A stretch of 64,000 nucleotides of DNA from an uncultured candidate division Zixibacteria bacterium (GTDB lineage: Bacteria; Zixibacteria; MSB-5A5; RBG-16-43-9). Below, in pieces: positions 19,972-30,439 of the stretch. The position numbers and the translations under genes are program-made. The notes under the pieces are model-generated. The model was not told the DNA's origin. It was given only the letters and a program-made list of their open reading frames with translations, and did no database searches. How positions within the stretch are numbered: the stretch's first letter is position 1; each line of letters starts with the position of its first letter. The stretch is taken from assembly GCA_963713865.1 (NCBI GenBank), contig OY970208.1:2400001-2464000 (forward strand), written 5' to 3'.

Positions 19972-20772
19972 TCATCTTTCCCCCTCAGCAGTTTCTAAGA
20001 AATCTTGGTAGTTATCTTTATTTATCTCACGACCGAAAATCCCTTTACCCTTCGGTCCAAACGGCTTGAGCCTTTTTCCATTTAGATATCCCTTGACTGC
20101 CCAGGCTCTTCCTAAGGTGAGCTTAAAGCGATTTCTGGCTTTATATTCTGCTTTCATTCCACCATTGATAAATCCGCTGAAAAGCGTATCTCCATCTCCA
20201 ATCACTAAAGCCCAGCACTTTTCTGCTCCCTCTAAGCTTAAGGTCATCTCCTCCGGTTCAGAAACAACCTCCCTTACCTCTTTTTTCCCCAAGGATTCGT
20301 TCTCAGATTTAACTGAATCTATCGCCGTAGAAGGTAAGCTCATTCTGGCCTCTTCTACTTTTGGCCCGGAAACCTTATTATGAAAAAGAGTATCCGTCTT
20401 TTTTTGCATTATAAATACTAAAATAATAACCAGGCCTAAAATAATGCCCGCCCAGACCAAAAGATGATTATTGCTCTTTTTCTTTGTCTGGACAATTTCA
20501 GGATAAGGTTCTACCCTTTCCTTTTCTGTGGTTTCTGATTCTGCTTTTTTTTCAAAGAATTTCTTCGTCAGCTCTTCAAAATTCAAACCCAGATAATCGG
20601 CATAGGCTTTCACAAATATTTTTTTATAAAGAGGTGCAGGCAAAAGCTCATATCTCTCCTCTTCCAGAGCTTCCAAGTAGGCCAGCTTGATCCTGATTTC
20701 AGCTGAAACCTGCTCTAAGCTAACCCCTGAGGCTTTTCTTTTTTCCTTTAAGAATGAACCTAAACTCTCCAA
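19972..20772 (-). CDS. rodZ: RodZ-like HTH-transmembrane protein
   Basis: LGSFLKEKRK..SLEQVS..IRI..YLEALEEE..LP..YADYLGL; one TM helix; C-terminal beta domain. Confidence 0.8.
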   Translation of the reverse strand: MESLGSFLKEKRKASGVSLEQVSAEIRIKLAYLEALEEERYELLPAPLYKKIFVKAYADYLGLNFEELTKKFFEKKAESETTEKERVEPYPEIVQTKKKSNNHLLVWAGIILGLVIILVFIMQKKTDTLFHNKVSGPKVEEARMSLPSTAIDSVKSENESLGKKEVREVVSEPEEMTLSLEGAEKCWALVIGDGDTLFSGFINGGMKAEYKARNRFKLTLGRAWAVKGYLNGKRLKPFGPKGKGIFGREINKDNYQDFLETAEGER

Positions 20773-20784
20773 TTTCCCCTCGCT

Positions 20785-21381
20785 TCAGGATTTGATCTTC
20801 AGAAGCAGCTCTTTTAATTTTTTCATGGGAAGCCCAATCACGTTATCTAAATCCCCATCGATTTTTTCCACCAGAAAATTCCCCATCCCCTGAATGCCAT
20901 AAGCTCCAGCTTTATCCATTGGTTCGCCAGTCTTTATGTAGTCCTCAATTTCTTTATCCTTAAGCTGGTTGAATTTGACTCTAGTAAGTTGATAATCACT
21001 TGAAATTTTTCCATTTTTTATATCTAAAAGTGTAATCCCGGTATAAACCTTATGCTCCTTTCCGCTTAACTTTTTCAGTATCCTGAAAGCATCTACTTGA
21101 TCTTTAGGTTTACCTAAAATCTCTTTGTTTAAAACCACTATGGTATCAGAGCCAAGAATAAACCCATCCTTAATCTTTTGAGAAACACTTTCTGCCTTTT
21201 TCCTGGAAAGCTCTAAAACATGAAAAACTGGATCATCTGAAACCTCTTCCTCTTTTATATTCTCAGGAAATATCACCTCAAAATCCAATTGGGCAGCTTT
21301 CAATATCTCACTTCTTCTGGGTGAGGTAGATGCCAAAACCAACTTTTTTCCATCTAAAAGTTTTTTAAAATCTGAGGTCAT
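20785..21381 (-). CDS. maf: Maf-family nucleoside triphosphate pyrophosphatase
   Basis: LASTSPRR, GSDTIV, DKAGAYGIQ, NVIGLP. Confidence 0.95.
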   Translation of the reverse strand: MTSDFKKLLDGKKLVLASTSPRRSEILKAAQLDFEVIFPENIKEEEVSDDPVFHVLELSRKKAESVSQKIKDGFILGSDTIVVLNKEILGKPKDQVDAFRILKKLSGKEHKVYTGITLLDIKNGKISSDYQLTRVKFNQLKDKEIEDYIKTGEPMDKAGAYGIQGMGNFLVEKIDGDLDNVIGLPMKKLKELLLKIKS

Positions 21382-21487
21382 AATATAATTCTTAGTTGTC
21401 GGACAGGTACAAGCCCGTCCCTACAAATTTCTACGGCGTCAGAATGACAATTCGTAGGGGCGGAGCTCGCCTCCACCCGCATTATTA

Positions 21488-21934
21488 TCATTTCTCCATA
21501 CTATCTAAGATAAAAGTTACTGGGCCATCATTAAAAATTTTTACCAACATCTTTGCTCCAAATATTCCCTGCTCAATCTTTAACCCTTTTTCTTTTAAAT
21601 GATCTACAAACTTCAGATAAAATTTCTCCGCTTCTACTGGCTCCAGTGCTTCAGTAAAACTTGGCCTTCTCCCCTTTTGGGTATCACCGTATAAAGTGAA
21701 CTGAGAGATAACCAAAATTTCTGCCCCCACCTCTAAAGCTGAAAGATTCATCTTCCCTTGTGCATCTTCAAAGATTCTCAAGTTCATACATTTATCCGAT
21801 AAATAACCTGCTTCCTTTTCGCTATCTCTGGTTGTAATACCAATTAATAAAACCAGACCTTTACCTATCTTACCAACTGTTTTACCTTCAACTTCAACTG
21901 AAGCCTCCCTCACCCTCTGGAGTACAACTCTCAA
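21488..21934 (-). CDS. dtd: D-aminoacyl-tRNA deacylase
   Basis: MRVVLQRV, SQFTL, NDGPVT. Confidence 0.96.
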   Translation of the reverse strand: MRVVLQRVREASVEVEGKTVGKIGKGLVLLIGITTRDSEKEAGYLSDKCMNLRIFEDAQGKMNLSALEVGAEILVISQFTLYGDTQKGRRPSFTEALEPVEAEKFYLKFVDHLKEKGLKIEQGIFGAKMLVKIFNDGPVTFILDSMEK

Positions 21935-22246
21935 GTTCTCTCCTTATAAATACTCGTGAGAAAATTAATAGAAACCTTTATAGTTGTCAACAAAAAAAAC
22001 CATATAAAATGTGTCTTTAAAATACAATATGCCTATATGTTGTGGTATTAATCCAATAAGTTATACATACCCTTTCCTCTGTAAAACGTATGCATAGGAA
22101 AGAATTGGGATGAGGTTAAGTTTCTCTATAACATCCTGAATGATGAACGAAATGATTGTATCTAAATCCTTAAGGTTTCTATATTTTTTTAGAGAAAAAG
22201 AGGGGCTGAAGTCTCAAGACCTTGATGGTCTTTCAATACGTCAAAT

Positions 22247-22275
22247 AAAAAAGCCATCCAAACACGGATGGCTTT
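22247..22275 (-). terminator. Intrinsic terminator after the pilX-like gene
   Basis: AAAAAAGCCATCC-loop-GGATGGCTTT, giving a U-tract on the minus strand. Confidence 0.7.
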
Positions 22276-22294
22276 AATTTTCTATTTTTCAATC

Positions 22295-23920
22295 TCAGTC
22301 ACTGGTCTTTTTTACCCAGCTTACGTTCTGCACGATATTCACCACTGGTGTTCCAGGAGGAAGATTGGCCGGATTCAGAAGATCAGTATCAAAAGCCCAA
22401 TTACGATCGGGAGGAGAATAGTAAGAACCAAACCAGAGACCAGTGGCCTGCTGGCTGAACCACAGATCGACCATCGAGCCACGGTAAGTAAAATTCTTAC
22501 TATCCCAATTCTCTAAAAAGCGGGGAAGGTTCTCCAAACCACCACTGTAGTTCCCACCTTGAGAATTGGTATTACCGGTTAAGAAAGAGACGTTAACCGA
22601 AGTATTAGAGGCAGTTCTATTGCTCAAACTTTTAGAGCTATTAGCATCACTCCAGTTATTGGAAAGAATGGTTAGGGCATCCGTGAAAACTGAGGATGGC
22701 TTCTTACTTACCGTGTTGTAATCCCCTTTGATATAAAGTGGATTGCTGGTGGCAACCGTTAAAGGAGCTGCTAAAGTAGCGCCGTTAACCAGGCGAACTG
22801 CCTGCTCAGTTCCTGATACTGTATTTCGAGACGCATAGAGTATCCCGTTGCTCGGAAAATATCCACTGGTGTTCAATAGACCGACATTGATATCATAAGA
22901 GGTGACGTTTTTCTGTTCTCTGGCATTGTAAAAGGTATTGGTGGTCAGGGCACCGCTTGAGGTAAGATTAGAAGTAACATCCTGCCAGGTGCCTGTGCCC
23001 GTTTTATACCAGGCTAGACCGTCCACAATCTTCAATCCCGCTTTATTCTCGTAACTATCTGAATTACCTGATCCTCTTTTGATCATATTGATCGGATCGC
23101 CTGCCGCTACTACCGGTAGATTAAGCTCGGTCATACCCATAGATTGATCCTCCACCAAACCTCCCCATCTGGTTAAAGATTTGGATACCCAACTTGTATC
23201 CCGACTATCTAAATAGGTACCGTCTGCATTTTTCATATTCTGATAATTCCCCAGATTATCTTTTATGAATACGTCGTGATCTGTATTGCTCCTTCCTGAA
23301 CCTGGTTTCCTGCCGTAAAAGACATCTAATGCGGCTGTGCAATATGAATTGATGTACAGAGCATTCTCAGAACCTAAATACATATTTCCGTTCGTATGTA
23401 CTCTGCCGCCCAAGGTCATAACAGGACCCGGGTATATCTCTAAATCGTTTTGATAAAAGACTGCAAATTGAAAGATCGGCACTAAAGCATCATCCATAAC
23501 CTGGACTATCTTGGCCCTTGCTGGATCGGGATTACCTACTGCCTCAGAGGTAATCTTAAACGTTTTCACAAAACCATACAATCCTTTATAAGCGCCAATT
23601 GTCAAGTTTTTCTGCACCGCTGCGCCATTATCTACAGTTGAATCGGTAACCGTATAGTTGTTCAACGTGAAACTTCCTGTAGGCAAAGGGCTCGGAGGGT
23701 TGCCTGTGGAGATATAGCTTGTCCTGATCTCTGATTCTGCTTTTTTAACTCCTGCTTCAGCCGCATAAAATGCGTTAGTGCTCCTCTTTTGATTCCCGGC
23801 TAACTCCTGGTCAAAATTGGATGTGGTTAAAGCTGCAATTCCCAAAATAGTCATCATCAAAAGGATAATCAAAAGGATAAACATGCTGAACCCTTTTTGA
23901 CTTTTTAATTTTTTGCTCAT
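22295..23920 (-). CDS. PilX-like minor pilin with large C-terminal beta-rich domain
   Basis: QKGFSM prepilin site lacking E5; AFYAAEAG PilX N-terminal motif. Confidence 0.8.
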   Translation of the reverse strand: MSKKLKSQKGFSMFILLIILLMMTILGIAALTTSNFDQELAGNQKRSTNAFYAAEAGVKKAESEIRTSYISTGNPPSPLPTGSFTLNNYTVTDSTVDNGAAVQKNLTIGAYKGLYGFVKTFKITSEAVGNPDPARAKIVQVMDDALVPIFQFAVFYQNDLEIYPGPVMTLGGRVHTNGNMYLGSENALYINSYCTAALDVFYGRKPGSGRSNTDHDVFIKDNLGNYQNMKNADGTYLDSRDTSWVSKSLTRWGGLVEDQSMGMTELNLPVVAAGDPINMIKRGSGNSDSYENKAGLKIVDGLAWYKTGTGTWQDVTSNLTSSGALTTNTFYNAREQKNVTSYDINVGLLNTSGYFPSNGILYASRNTVSGTEQAVRLVNGATLAAPLTVATSNPLYIKGDYNTVSKKPSSVFTDALTILSNNWSDANSSKSLSNRTASNTSVNVSFLTGNTNSQGGNYSGGLENLPRFLENWDSKNFTYRGSMVDLWFSQQATGLWFGSYYSPPDRNWAFDTDLLNPANLPPGTPVVNIVQNVSWVKKTSD

Positions 23921-23934
23921 AAATCTTTTCCCTC

Positions 23935-24801
23935 CTACAGACCTAAGTTTCTAACCTTAACCGAAGACAGGTAAGTCCTTTTCCTGTAATTATGCAGTTG
24001 CAGGTCTTGTTTATCAGTTCTACTTCTTAAGGTAATTTTAACTTCTCTCACCACTTTACTTGTAACCGGCACATCTACATATACCCCGTTCGCCAGTCCA
24101 TATTTGAACTGCAGATCTTCGATATTCTCGGCAAATACCTGAGGAACCATATCTATACCCATTCTCATCAGCTTTGGATGATTCGCATCAGTGGTTATAT
24201 CCAGATAATATTTATAAAATTTGACCATCATCACTATGCTCCCCAACGGATAGCATTTTGAAAGGTTCATCGTATTATGCTGGATATTGCTTGTAGAGAT
24301 CTGAACCTGAGTTATATAGAAAAACTCTCCGGTCAAGGTGTTGGGATCGTAAATATAAGCCCAGGTATCCTGGTTAAAACAGCTTACATCATGACCATCA
24401 CAGCGTAACTCGGAGCTGGGCTGGGGCATAGCATGTTCAATCGGCGCCTGGCATCCATTTTCATACATATATAGAATAGTTATAGTATCCGGATTAGTAT
24501 TCTTGGCAATTATCGGATTTACTCCGTTGGGAAGCTGGTAACCGGCCATCATGATTTTGTTGGATAATTCCTCGAGTGAGGCTCTGCCGTTCTGCTGCAT
24601 CTCAGAGATCTGCTCCTCGATAATCCAGGTTTTATGCTGGTTTAAATAAACCTCAAAACCAGCTGCGATTATTATCAGCGCCATTATGGCGGAGACCAGA
24701 AGCTCGATTAAAGTCATTCCTCTCTCATTTAATCTTGGACTTCTCTTGATGCCTGGATTGACTATTGAAATTTTCATTTTAAACCTCTTACTTGACCTCA
24801 T
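23935..24801 (-). CDS. PilW-like minor pilin (start may be a few codons downstream)
   Basis: ERGMTLIELLV prepilin motif, MQQNGRA..MAGY, C-terminal VKVRN. Confidence 0.85.
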   Translation of the reverse strand: MRSSKRFKMKISIVNPGIKRSPRLNERGMTLIELLVSAIMALIIIAAGFEVYLNQHKTWIIEEQISEMQQNGRASLEELSNKIMMAGYQLPNGVNPIIAKNTNPDTITILYMYENGCQAPIEHAMPQPSSELRCDGHDVSCFNQDTWAYIYDPNTLTGEFFYITQVQISTSNIQHNTMNLSKCYPLGSIVMMVKFYKYYLDITTDANHPKLMRMGIDMVPQVFAENIEDLQFKYGLANGVYVDVPVTSKVVREVKITLRSRTDKQDLQLHNYRKRTYLSSVKVRNLGL

Positions 24802-25141
24802 AGGTTATGGTCTGAATATGATGAGGTCGACTCCTCACATCATTCCAGTTCACGGAAACAGTTACTTTTTTCAGATTAGTTGCTACATTCTCCACTGTCC
24901 AGGTTCGGTTCTTGCTATCGACTATATCATTTCCTGAAGTTAAAACCGACGCACTCCGCAACTCTTCTAATTTCTGCTGAGCCAGAAGGGTTGCCTCGGA
25001 CAAATCATTGGCAAATTCATTGGCATTAATTGAAGCAATCATCATAGGGATCAACATCAATAAACCCAAGGCAAACACTACCATAGAAGCCATTATTTCT
25101 ATCAGCGATATACCTTTTTCTGATCTGAGTATTTTAGACAT
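24788..25141 (-). CDS. PilV-like minor pilin
   Basis: EKGISLIEIM prepilin motif; ATG 25141 with GGAG RBS; LAQQKLEEL. Confidence 0.85.
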   Translation of the reverse strand: MSKILRSEKGISLIEIMASMVVFALGLLMLIPMMIASINANEFANDLSEATLLAQQKLEELRSASVLTSGNDIVDSKNRTWTVENVATNLKKVTVSVNWNDVRSRPHHIQTITYEVK

Positions 25142-25179
25142 TTTTATTCTCCACTGACAAATTTTCAACTATTCTTAAG

Positions 25180-25194
25180 GCAATAAATGTGCCA
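25180..25194 (-). promoter_or_regulatory. Sigma-54 (-24/-12) promoter for the minor pilin operon
   Basis: TGGCAC-ATTTA-TTGC about 40 bp upstream of the pilV-like start. Confidence 0.75.
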
Positions 25195-25630
25195 AAACTT
25201 ATGATTGGTTTGTTGTAATTAATTGATTAATAGGGGATTATGGAAAATTACTGCTCAATTTTTGAAAGGTTTTTGTATGAAATAAAATACTATTTTATTG
25301 GATTTATCCTATACATAAAAGGGATTTCACCATAATGGTTACAAAGTGAAACTAATTCTTATTAATTTATCAATATCTATCATAACTTCATCTCTTTTTA
25401 CACGATAAAAAGAGATTATCAATTGATCATTTTTAGAAATTGAGCAATTTATAGGAGCGACCCCGGCGGATCACGCCCTTTCACTATTCCTCTCTCCTTT
25501 TAAGGAGAGAGCAAGGGTGAGGTTAAAAAAACAGAGACGGTATTGAATGCGTCTCTGTTTTTTAGACAAAAACTGGATGTTGTCATCCTTCAGATAAATA
25601 GGCGAATGATAACATCCGCCCTGAGCAGAG

Positions 25631-26227
25631 CTACTTTGTTTTTTCCAGGTCCGTCTCCTTCCCTAAATTCTTCAACAAATACTCTGCATCATCCTTAAGG
25701 TCACTCTGCGGATATTCTTTTATAAATTTTTCGTAAATCTCCTTAGCTTTTGTGTAATCCTTCAGTTGCTCTGAATAAACAAAACCAGTTAGAAACAGAG
25801 CCTTATCACGATTTGAACCCTGTGGAAAGAAATTCAATATCTCCTCGTAAAGTTTAATGGCTAATAGAGGTTTTTCCTCATCTTGAAACTTCTGGGCATA
25901 ATCGAAGAAATCTTTTTCCAGATTATATTGAGGATACTTTTTAAAAAGACTTTTCCATACCTCCTCCGCGTTTTTCTGGTCATCCAAATAACCAAAATAA
26001 ACTACCCCAAGATTGAAATAGGTTTTGGGAAGATCTGGACTCTTAGGATACGCCTTAATAATCTGTTTATAAATCTTGACCGCTTCTTCAAATCTTTTCC
26101 CTTCTATTGCTTGTTGTGCTTCCTTATAAAGCAACTGTTCGCTTTTCTTTGAACAGTTAAAAACGAGAACAACAACTCCGAAGATAACCGTCAGCCATAA
26201 AATTTGTTTTTTCATTTTTATCCTCAT
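25631..26227 (-). CDS. TPR lipoprotein (CpoB/BamD-like)
   Basis: Possible lipobox VFNC; TPR repeats with YPKS/YPQS loops. Confidence 0.75.
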   Translation of the reverse strand: MRIKMKKQILWLTVIFGVVVLVFNCSKKSEQLLYKEAQQAIEGKRFEEAVKIYKQIIKAYPKSPDLPKTYFNLGVVYFGYLDDQKNAEEVWKSLFKKYPQYNLEKDFFDYAQKFQDEEKPLLAIKLYEEILNFFPQGSNRDKALFLTGFVYSEQLKDYTKAKEIYEKFIKEYPQSDLKDDAEYLLKNLGKETDLEKTK

Positions 26228-26314
26228 TGTGATTTTTCGTCGCGCGACCCTTTAGGTTCGCCAGGCGAGGCTAATCCCGCCAACAGCGGGTCGCGCTACT
26301 AACTCCTTCAAAAC

Positions 26315-26337
26315 AAAAGGCGAGTTTTCTCGCCTTT
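26315..26337 (-). terminator. Intrinsic terminator after the zinc-ribbon gene
   Basis: AAAAGGCGAG-TTTT-CTCGCCTTT. Confidence 0.65.
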
Positions 26338-26370
26338 ATTTCATCTATCCATCTCAACTCAATCCCTCAT

Positions 26371-26649
26371 CTATTTAGATTTCGATTCCGTTTTAGTGCT
26401 GCTTTTCTCCTTCTTATCCTCTTTTACCGAAACCCCGCTCTCCTCTTTCGCTTTCTTTTTATAAGATTCGCTCCGGTGGTCAGTGATGTAAAATCCATTA
26501 CCCTTGAAAAGTATCCCTCCGCCAGCCGAGATCAACCTTTCAACCTCTCCTCCGCAATTTGGACAAATTTTTACTGGATCATCTTTCATCCTCTGGAATT
26601 TCTCAAATTTAAAAGCACAAGCTTTACATCTGTATTCGTAAGTCGGCAT
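26371..26649 (-). CDS. FmdB-family zinc-ribbon protein
   Basis: MPTYEYRCxxC..CPxCGG..FKGNGFYITD. Confidence 0.92.
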   Translation of the reverse strand: MPTYEYRCKACAFKFEKFQRMKDDPVKICPNCGGEVERLISAGGGILFKGNGFYITDHRSESYKKKAKEESGVSVKEDKKEKSSTKTESKSK

Positions 26650-26659
26650 TTTACCATTC

Positions 26660-26902
26660 CTACTTTGGATGTTTTCTCCTGGTGTTCTTTGGGCGATCGA
26701 ACTTGATCTTACCTTCTAAAACCTCTTGCAGGGCTAAGGAAACTATCTTTTCCATCCGCGGCTTGACTTCTTCACTCTGCGATTCTTCTTCCTTTTTAAT
26801 AAGTATCTCATTTACTTTTCTGGCATGCTTTGCCGCCACGATGATAGCTTCGAACCGGTTAGTGGTAAATTTTCTGAAATCTTCTAAGGAATCTTGTCCC
26901 AT
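26660..26902 (-). CDS. rpoZ: RNA polymerase omega subunit
   Basis: NRFEAIIVAAKHAR..KIVSLALQEVLEGKI. Confidence 0.75.
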   Translation of the reverse strand: MGQDSLEDFRKFTTNRFEAIIVAAKHARKVNEILIKKEEESQSEEVKPRMEKIVSLALQEVLEGKIKFDRPKNTRRKHPK

Positions 26903-26937
26903 CGCTTTTCTCCCTGTATTTTGTAAGTTAAATATTT

Positions 26938-28839
26938 TTAGTTCACCACTTCATAATCTGCATCTACAGCTTTTCCTTTTTCTTCCCCCTCCCCGGTTTT
27001 TGCTTCACCCCTGTCCTGGCTTCCGGATTGAGTCTGGGCAGTTGCCTTCTGATACATCTTTTCCGCGACTTCATGCCAGATTGTGGTTAAAGCTTCACAA
27101 GCCGATTTGATCTCCTGTATCTCCCCTCTTTTCAGGGCTTCTCTGACTCTCCCCACTGCGGTTTCTACTCTGGACTTGGTTTCGCTGTCTAGTTTATCCC
27201 CGTATTCTTTCAGGTTTTTTTCGGTTTCATAAGCTAACTGATCCGCCTTATTTCGTATATCCACCTCTTCTCTTCTCTTTTTGTCCTCAGAGGAATGAGC
27301 TTCTGCATCCTTGACCATCTTTTTAATATCCACATCAGAAAGACCACTGGATGCGGTTATCCTGATACTCTGCTGTTTACCAGTAGCTTTATCTTTAGCT
27401 GATACGTTAAGAATTCCATTTGCGTCAATGTCAAAAGTAACCTCGATCTGGGGAATCCCTCTGGGTGCAGGCGGAAGACCATCTAAATGAAACCGGCCAA
27501 TGGTCTTGTTGTCAAGTGCCATCTCCCTTTCGCCCTGCAAAACGTGAATTTCTACAGAGGTCTGGTCATCCGCTGCAGTGGTGAATATCTCGCTTTTTCT
27601 GGTGGGTATAGTGGTATTTCTCTCGATCAATCTGGTTGAAACTCCGCCTAAGGTTTCAATCCCCAGGGACAGAGGAGTAACATCTAACAACAGCACGTCT
27701 TTCACCTCACCACCCAGAACCGCTCCCTGAATTGCAGCACCAACAGCTACTACTTCATCTGGATTTACACCCTTATGCGGTTCTTTATTGAAAAGTTTTT
27801 TAACCGTCTCCTGAACTTTTGGCATCCTGGTCATCCCGCCGACTAATACCACCTCATCGATCTGGTCAACTGAAAGCTTAGCATCCGCTAACGCTTTTCT
27901 GCAGGGATCTACAGTTCTTTCGATCAGCTCATCCACTAACTGCTCCAATTTTGCACGGGTAAGGGTAATGTTCAGATGTTTTGGTCCATTAGCATCTGCA
28001 GTGATGAACGGTAAATTAATATTAGTCTCTAAGGTAGTGGAAAGCTCCATCTTAGCCTTTTCAGCTGCTTCTTTTAATCTCTGCAAAGCCATCGGGTCTT
28101 TTGAAAGATCGATCCCTTCCTGTTTTTTGAATTCCGAGACTAACCAGTCGATAACTCTTTTATCGAAATCATCCCCGCCTAAATGAGTATCGCCATTTGT
28201 TGATCTTACCTCAAAAACACCTTCACCGATTTCCAGGACAGAGATATCGAAAGTCCCTCCGCCTAAATCGAATACTGCTATCTTCTCATCTTTCTTCTTA
28301 TCCAGACCATAAGCTAAAGAGGCCGCAGTCGGCTCATTGATTATCCTCAAAACATCTAAGCCCGCGATCCTTCCCGCATCTTTGGTTGCCTGGCGCTGTG
28401 AATCGTTAAAATAAGCCGGCACAGTTATAACTGCCTGATTAACTTTTTCACCCAGGTAATCCTCAGCCGTTTGTCTCATCTTCTGCAAAATCATAGCGGA
28501 TATTTCCGGTGGCGAATATTCTTTGTTTTCGATTTTTACCCGGACATCACTATTAGCACCTTCCACTACTTTATAGGGAACGGTCTTTATCTCTGATCCA
28601 ACCTCAGAATATTTTCTACCCATAAACCTTTTTATGGAATAAACCGTATTCTGGGGATTGGTAACTGCCTGTCTTTTTGCCACCTGCCCAACTAACCTTT
28701 CTCCTGTGCGGATAAATCCAACTACGGAGGGGGTTGTTCTCATCCCTTCGGAATTAGGGATAACCTTAGGGTCTTTCCCCTCCATAATAGCCACGCAGGA
28801 GTTGGTTGTGCCTAAGTCTATGCCGATTATTTTTCCCAT
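26938..28839 (-). CDS. dnaK: Chaperone DnaK (Hsp70)
   Basis: [26 protein letters not shown]-terminal DADYEVV. Confidence 0.98.
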   Translation of the reverse strand: MGKIIGIDLGTTNSCVAIMEGKDPKVIPNSEGMRTTPSVVGFIRTGERLVGQVAKRQAVTNPQNTVYSIKRFMGRKYSEVGSEIKTVPYKVVEGANSDVRVKIENKEYSPPEISAMILQKMRQTAEDYLGEKVNQAVITVPAYFNDSQRQATKDAGRIAGLDVLRIINEPTAASLAYGLDKKKDEKIAVFDLGGGTFDISVLEIGEGVFEVRSTNGDTHLGGDDFDKRVIDWLVSEFKKQEGIDLSKDPMALQRLKEAAEKAKMELSTTLETNINLPFITADANGPKHLNITLTRAKLEQLVDELIERTVDPCRKALADAKLSVDQIDEVVLVGGMTRMPKVQETVKKLFNKEPHKGVNPDEVVAVGAAIQGAVLGGEVKDVLLLDVTPLSLGIETLGGVSTRLIERNTTIPTRKSEIFTTAADDQTSVEIHVLQGEREMALDNKTIGRFHLDGLPPAPRGIPQIEVTFDIDANGILNVSAKDKATGKQQSIRITASSGLSDVDIKKMVKDAEAHSSEDKKRREEVDIRNKADQLAYETEKNLKEYGDKLDSETKSRVETAVGRVREALKRGEIQEIKSACEALTTIWHEVAEKMYQKATAQTQSGSQDRGEAKTGEGEEKGKAVDADYEVVN

Positions 28840-28992
28840 TTTATTCTCTCCTATATATATGTTTTTTTCGAAATGTCAAGTTTTGTTTTCAATTTTTATT
28901 GTAGAGACGCATCGCATGCGTCTCTGCATTATTTGTATTTTGTAAGTGGTAGCCGCAGACTTCAGCCTGCGCTTTATCTTTACATTATCCAT

Positions 28993-29080
28993 CCTGTGCT
29001 TGCTGGGTCCCCTGACCCGGCAAGTCCTGTTGCCTTCATTTCCTCACCATCCTGCCTTGCGGGTAAGGTGGGGTTACCAT
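28993..29080. repeat. 88-bp direct repeat, copy 1
   Basis: About 90% identical to 29716-29803; composite of two hairpins. Confidence 0.9.
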
Positions 29081-29207
29081 CCTGGTAGGTCAGGCATCTT
29101 ATCATATAGACCCGTTTATAGGGCCTGACCATTATATTCCGCGTCGCGGGCATAAAGCCCGACGCTACGAGCTTTGTAGGGGCACGTTGCAACGTGCCCC
29201 TACCTCC

Positions 29208-29660
29208 TTAGCTGATATTAATCGGGATCTCTTTAGGCTTTACCTTCTCGCTTTTGGGCAAAGTCACCTTCAGGATTCCATCTTTGAAATTAGCTTTTAT
29301 CTTTTCTGCTTCAACTGGAGTAGGAAGAGTAAACGATCTGCAGAAAGAGCCAAAGCTTCTCTCCAACCTGTAGAAATTAGCATCCTTCTTTTCCTCCTCG
29401 GACTTCTTTTCCCCGCTCAGGGTAATCACATTATCCTGCACTGAAAGCTTTATATCCTCCTTCTTCATCCCCGGCATCTCAGCCGTAACCACTATCTCAT
29501 CCTTGGTCTCAGAGACATCCACATTCGGAGTCCAGAGCCCTTCCTCTGCCTTTAACCATCTCCTGGGGACTCTCCCACCGAAGAAGTTATCAAACAGTTG
29601 ATTCATCTCATCCTGAATTGAGACGATGTCCCTCAAAGGTCTCCATCTGACTATAGCCAT
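29208..29660 (-). CDS. Hsp20/alpha-crystallin small heat-shock protein
   Basis: PNVDV.E..AEMPG..ERSFGSFCRSFTLP..A.FKDGILKVTLPK. Confidence 0.95.
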   Translation of the reverse strand: MAIVRWRPLRDIVSIQDEMNQLFDNFFGGRVPRRWLKAEEGLWTPNVDVSETKDEIVVTAEMPGMKKEDIKLSVQDNVITLSGEKKSEEEKKDANFYRLERSFGSFCRSFTLPTPVEAEKIKANFKDGILKVTLPKSEKVKPKEIPINIS

Positions 29661-29715
29661 ACATCCTCACTCCTTTCGGATAGTTAATAGTTAATGGTTC
29701 ATAGTTCATGGTTTT

Positions 29716-29803
29716 CCTGTGCTTGCTGGGTCCCCTGACCCAGCAAGTCCTGGTGCCTTTATTTTCTCACCATCCCACCTTGAGAGCAAGGTGGGGTTAC
29801 CAT
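29716..29803. repeat. 88-bp direct repeat, copy 2
   Basis: See copy 1. Confidence 0.9.
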
Positions 29804-29882
29804 TCAGTTGTGTCAGGAGCTACTCCTGACACCAGTTTTTATTTACTCGTCTAACTTCTCACTTCTCACGTCTTACTTTACT

Positions 29883-30314
29883 TTAATTCACTTCCACTGT
29901 CTTACTTACCTTTTCCTTTTTCGGCATTCTGATCTTCAGAATCCCATCCTTAAACTCCGCTTGTATCTTTTCCTTATCCACATTCTCAGGCAGCATAAAC
30001 GACCTGGAAAAGTTCCCGTGATTTATCTCCTCCAACAGATACTCCCCCTCTTTTTCTTTCTTTTTGTTTCCGGTAATGGAGAGAACATCATCCTCCTTGG
30101 TCACTTTAATATCCTCTTTTTTCATACCCGGGAACTCAGCCACCACAAAAATCTCCTCCGGAGTCTCCCCAATATCCACATTTGGACCCCACTCGGACTC
30201 CTGTGGTAAAGGAGCCATTCCTGCGGATGCAAAAGCAGATTTCATATCCGGCCCAATACAAAATACTCCAACATCCCCTCTCTTTTCTCTGTTGCTAATA
30301 ATATTGCAAATCAT
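29883..30314 (-). CDS. Hsp20/alpha-crystallin small heat-shock protein
   Basis: PNVDI.E..AEFPG..GNFSRSFMLP..AEFKDGILKIRMPK. Confidence 0.92.
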   Translation of the reverse strand: MICNIISNREKRGDVGVFCIGPDMKSAFASAGMAPLPQESEWGPNVDIGETPEEIFVVAEFPGMKKEDIKVTKEDDVLSITGNKKKEKEGEYLLEEINHGNFSRSFMLPENVDKEKIQAEFKDGILKIRMPKKEKVSKTVEVN

Positions 30315-30346
30315 CTAAACCTCCTTATTTTCTGTTTATATTATAT

Positions 30347-30361
30347 GCAACTGTTATGCCA
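30347..30361 (-). promoter_or_regulatory. Sigma-54 promoter of the hsp20-hsp20-dnaK operon
   Basis: TGGCAT-AACAG-TTGC(A) about 33 bp upstream of the ATG. Confidence 0.75.
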
Positions 30362-30439
30362 GAATTAGGAATTTGGTTTAAGTTAAAATATGGCAATTAC
30401 TTAGATAAAAATAGGATTTGGAAGCTAAAATATTAATAA

